From Octopus sinensis (lineage: Eukaryota): a stretch of 7,889 bases of DNA. Below are positions 7,677 to 7,889 of the stretch, piece after piece; position 1 is the stretch's first letter; each line of letters opens with the position of its first letter. The notes under the pieces were generated by a model. That model saw only the letters and a program-made list of their open reading frames with translations, was not told where the DNA came from and did not search any database. The position numbers were made by a program, and so were the translations under genes. The stretch is taken from NCBI RefSeq assembly GCF_006345805.1, contig NW_021828686.1, forward strand, positions 1 to 7,889, written 5' to 3'.

Positions 7677-7889
7677 GTGTATATATATATATATCTGTAT
7701 ATATATAGATATATATATGCACACACATATATACATATACATGTATGTATATATATAAAGCTAGAGAGAGAGAATGAGACGTACCTGCATATCCGCATTC
7801 ATATATTCAGGCTCACAACGGTATATATTATACACGCACGCACACACGCACACCACGTGTATACAATACATATTCATCTGTGTGTGTAT
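7628..7889. repeat. (TA)n core (7628-7757) with degenerate GA/CA/TG dinucleotide flanks
   Basis: Direct reading. Confidence 0.9.

Noticed and set aside
7478-7798. YI-repeat ORFs
   Set aside because: Translations of the (TA)n array.
1-7889. CRISPR array, rRNA, operon or other prokaryotic system
   Set aside because: No spaced direct repeats, no rRNA similarity and no gene-dense coding structure. The window is eukaryotic repeat-rich DNA.

Overview
AT-rich, microsatellite-dense eukaryotic non-coding DNA, most likely cephalopod (Octopus-like). That guess rests on my recollection of octopus tRNA-derived SINE consensus sequences and was not checked against a database. No complete gene is supported. 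The window holds seven SINE copies or fragments from three families: two on the minus strand (1197-1537, 2560-2837) and five of one family on the plus strand, including a head-to-tail pair. There are long (TA)n, (ATT)n and (ATC)n arrays. The most structured object is a decayed R4/Dong-clade non-LTR retrotransposon at about 6010-7330, lying between two same-orientation (TAA)n arrays. Its 3' end and RT read on the minus strand, an N-terminal ORF fragment is inverted on the plus strand, and an 86-bp antisense SINE patch replaces a large internal segment with apparent microhomology at both ends. Weaker signals are two copies of a degenerate hammerhead-core-like motif and a few candidate host exons. 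Apart from 6743-6958, which is part of the LINE RT, most ORFs in the supplied track fall in repeats or lack recognisable motifs.
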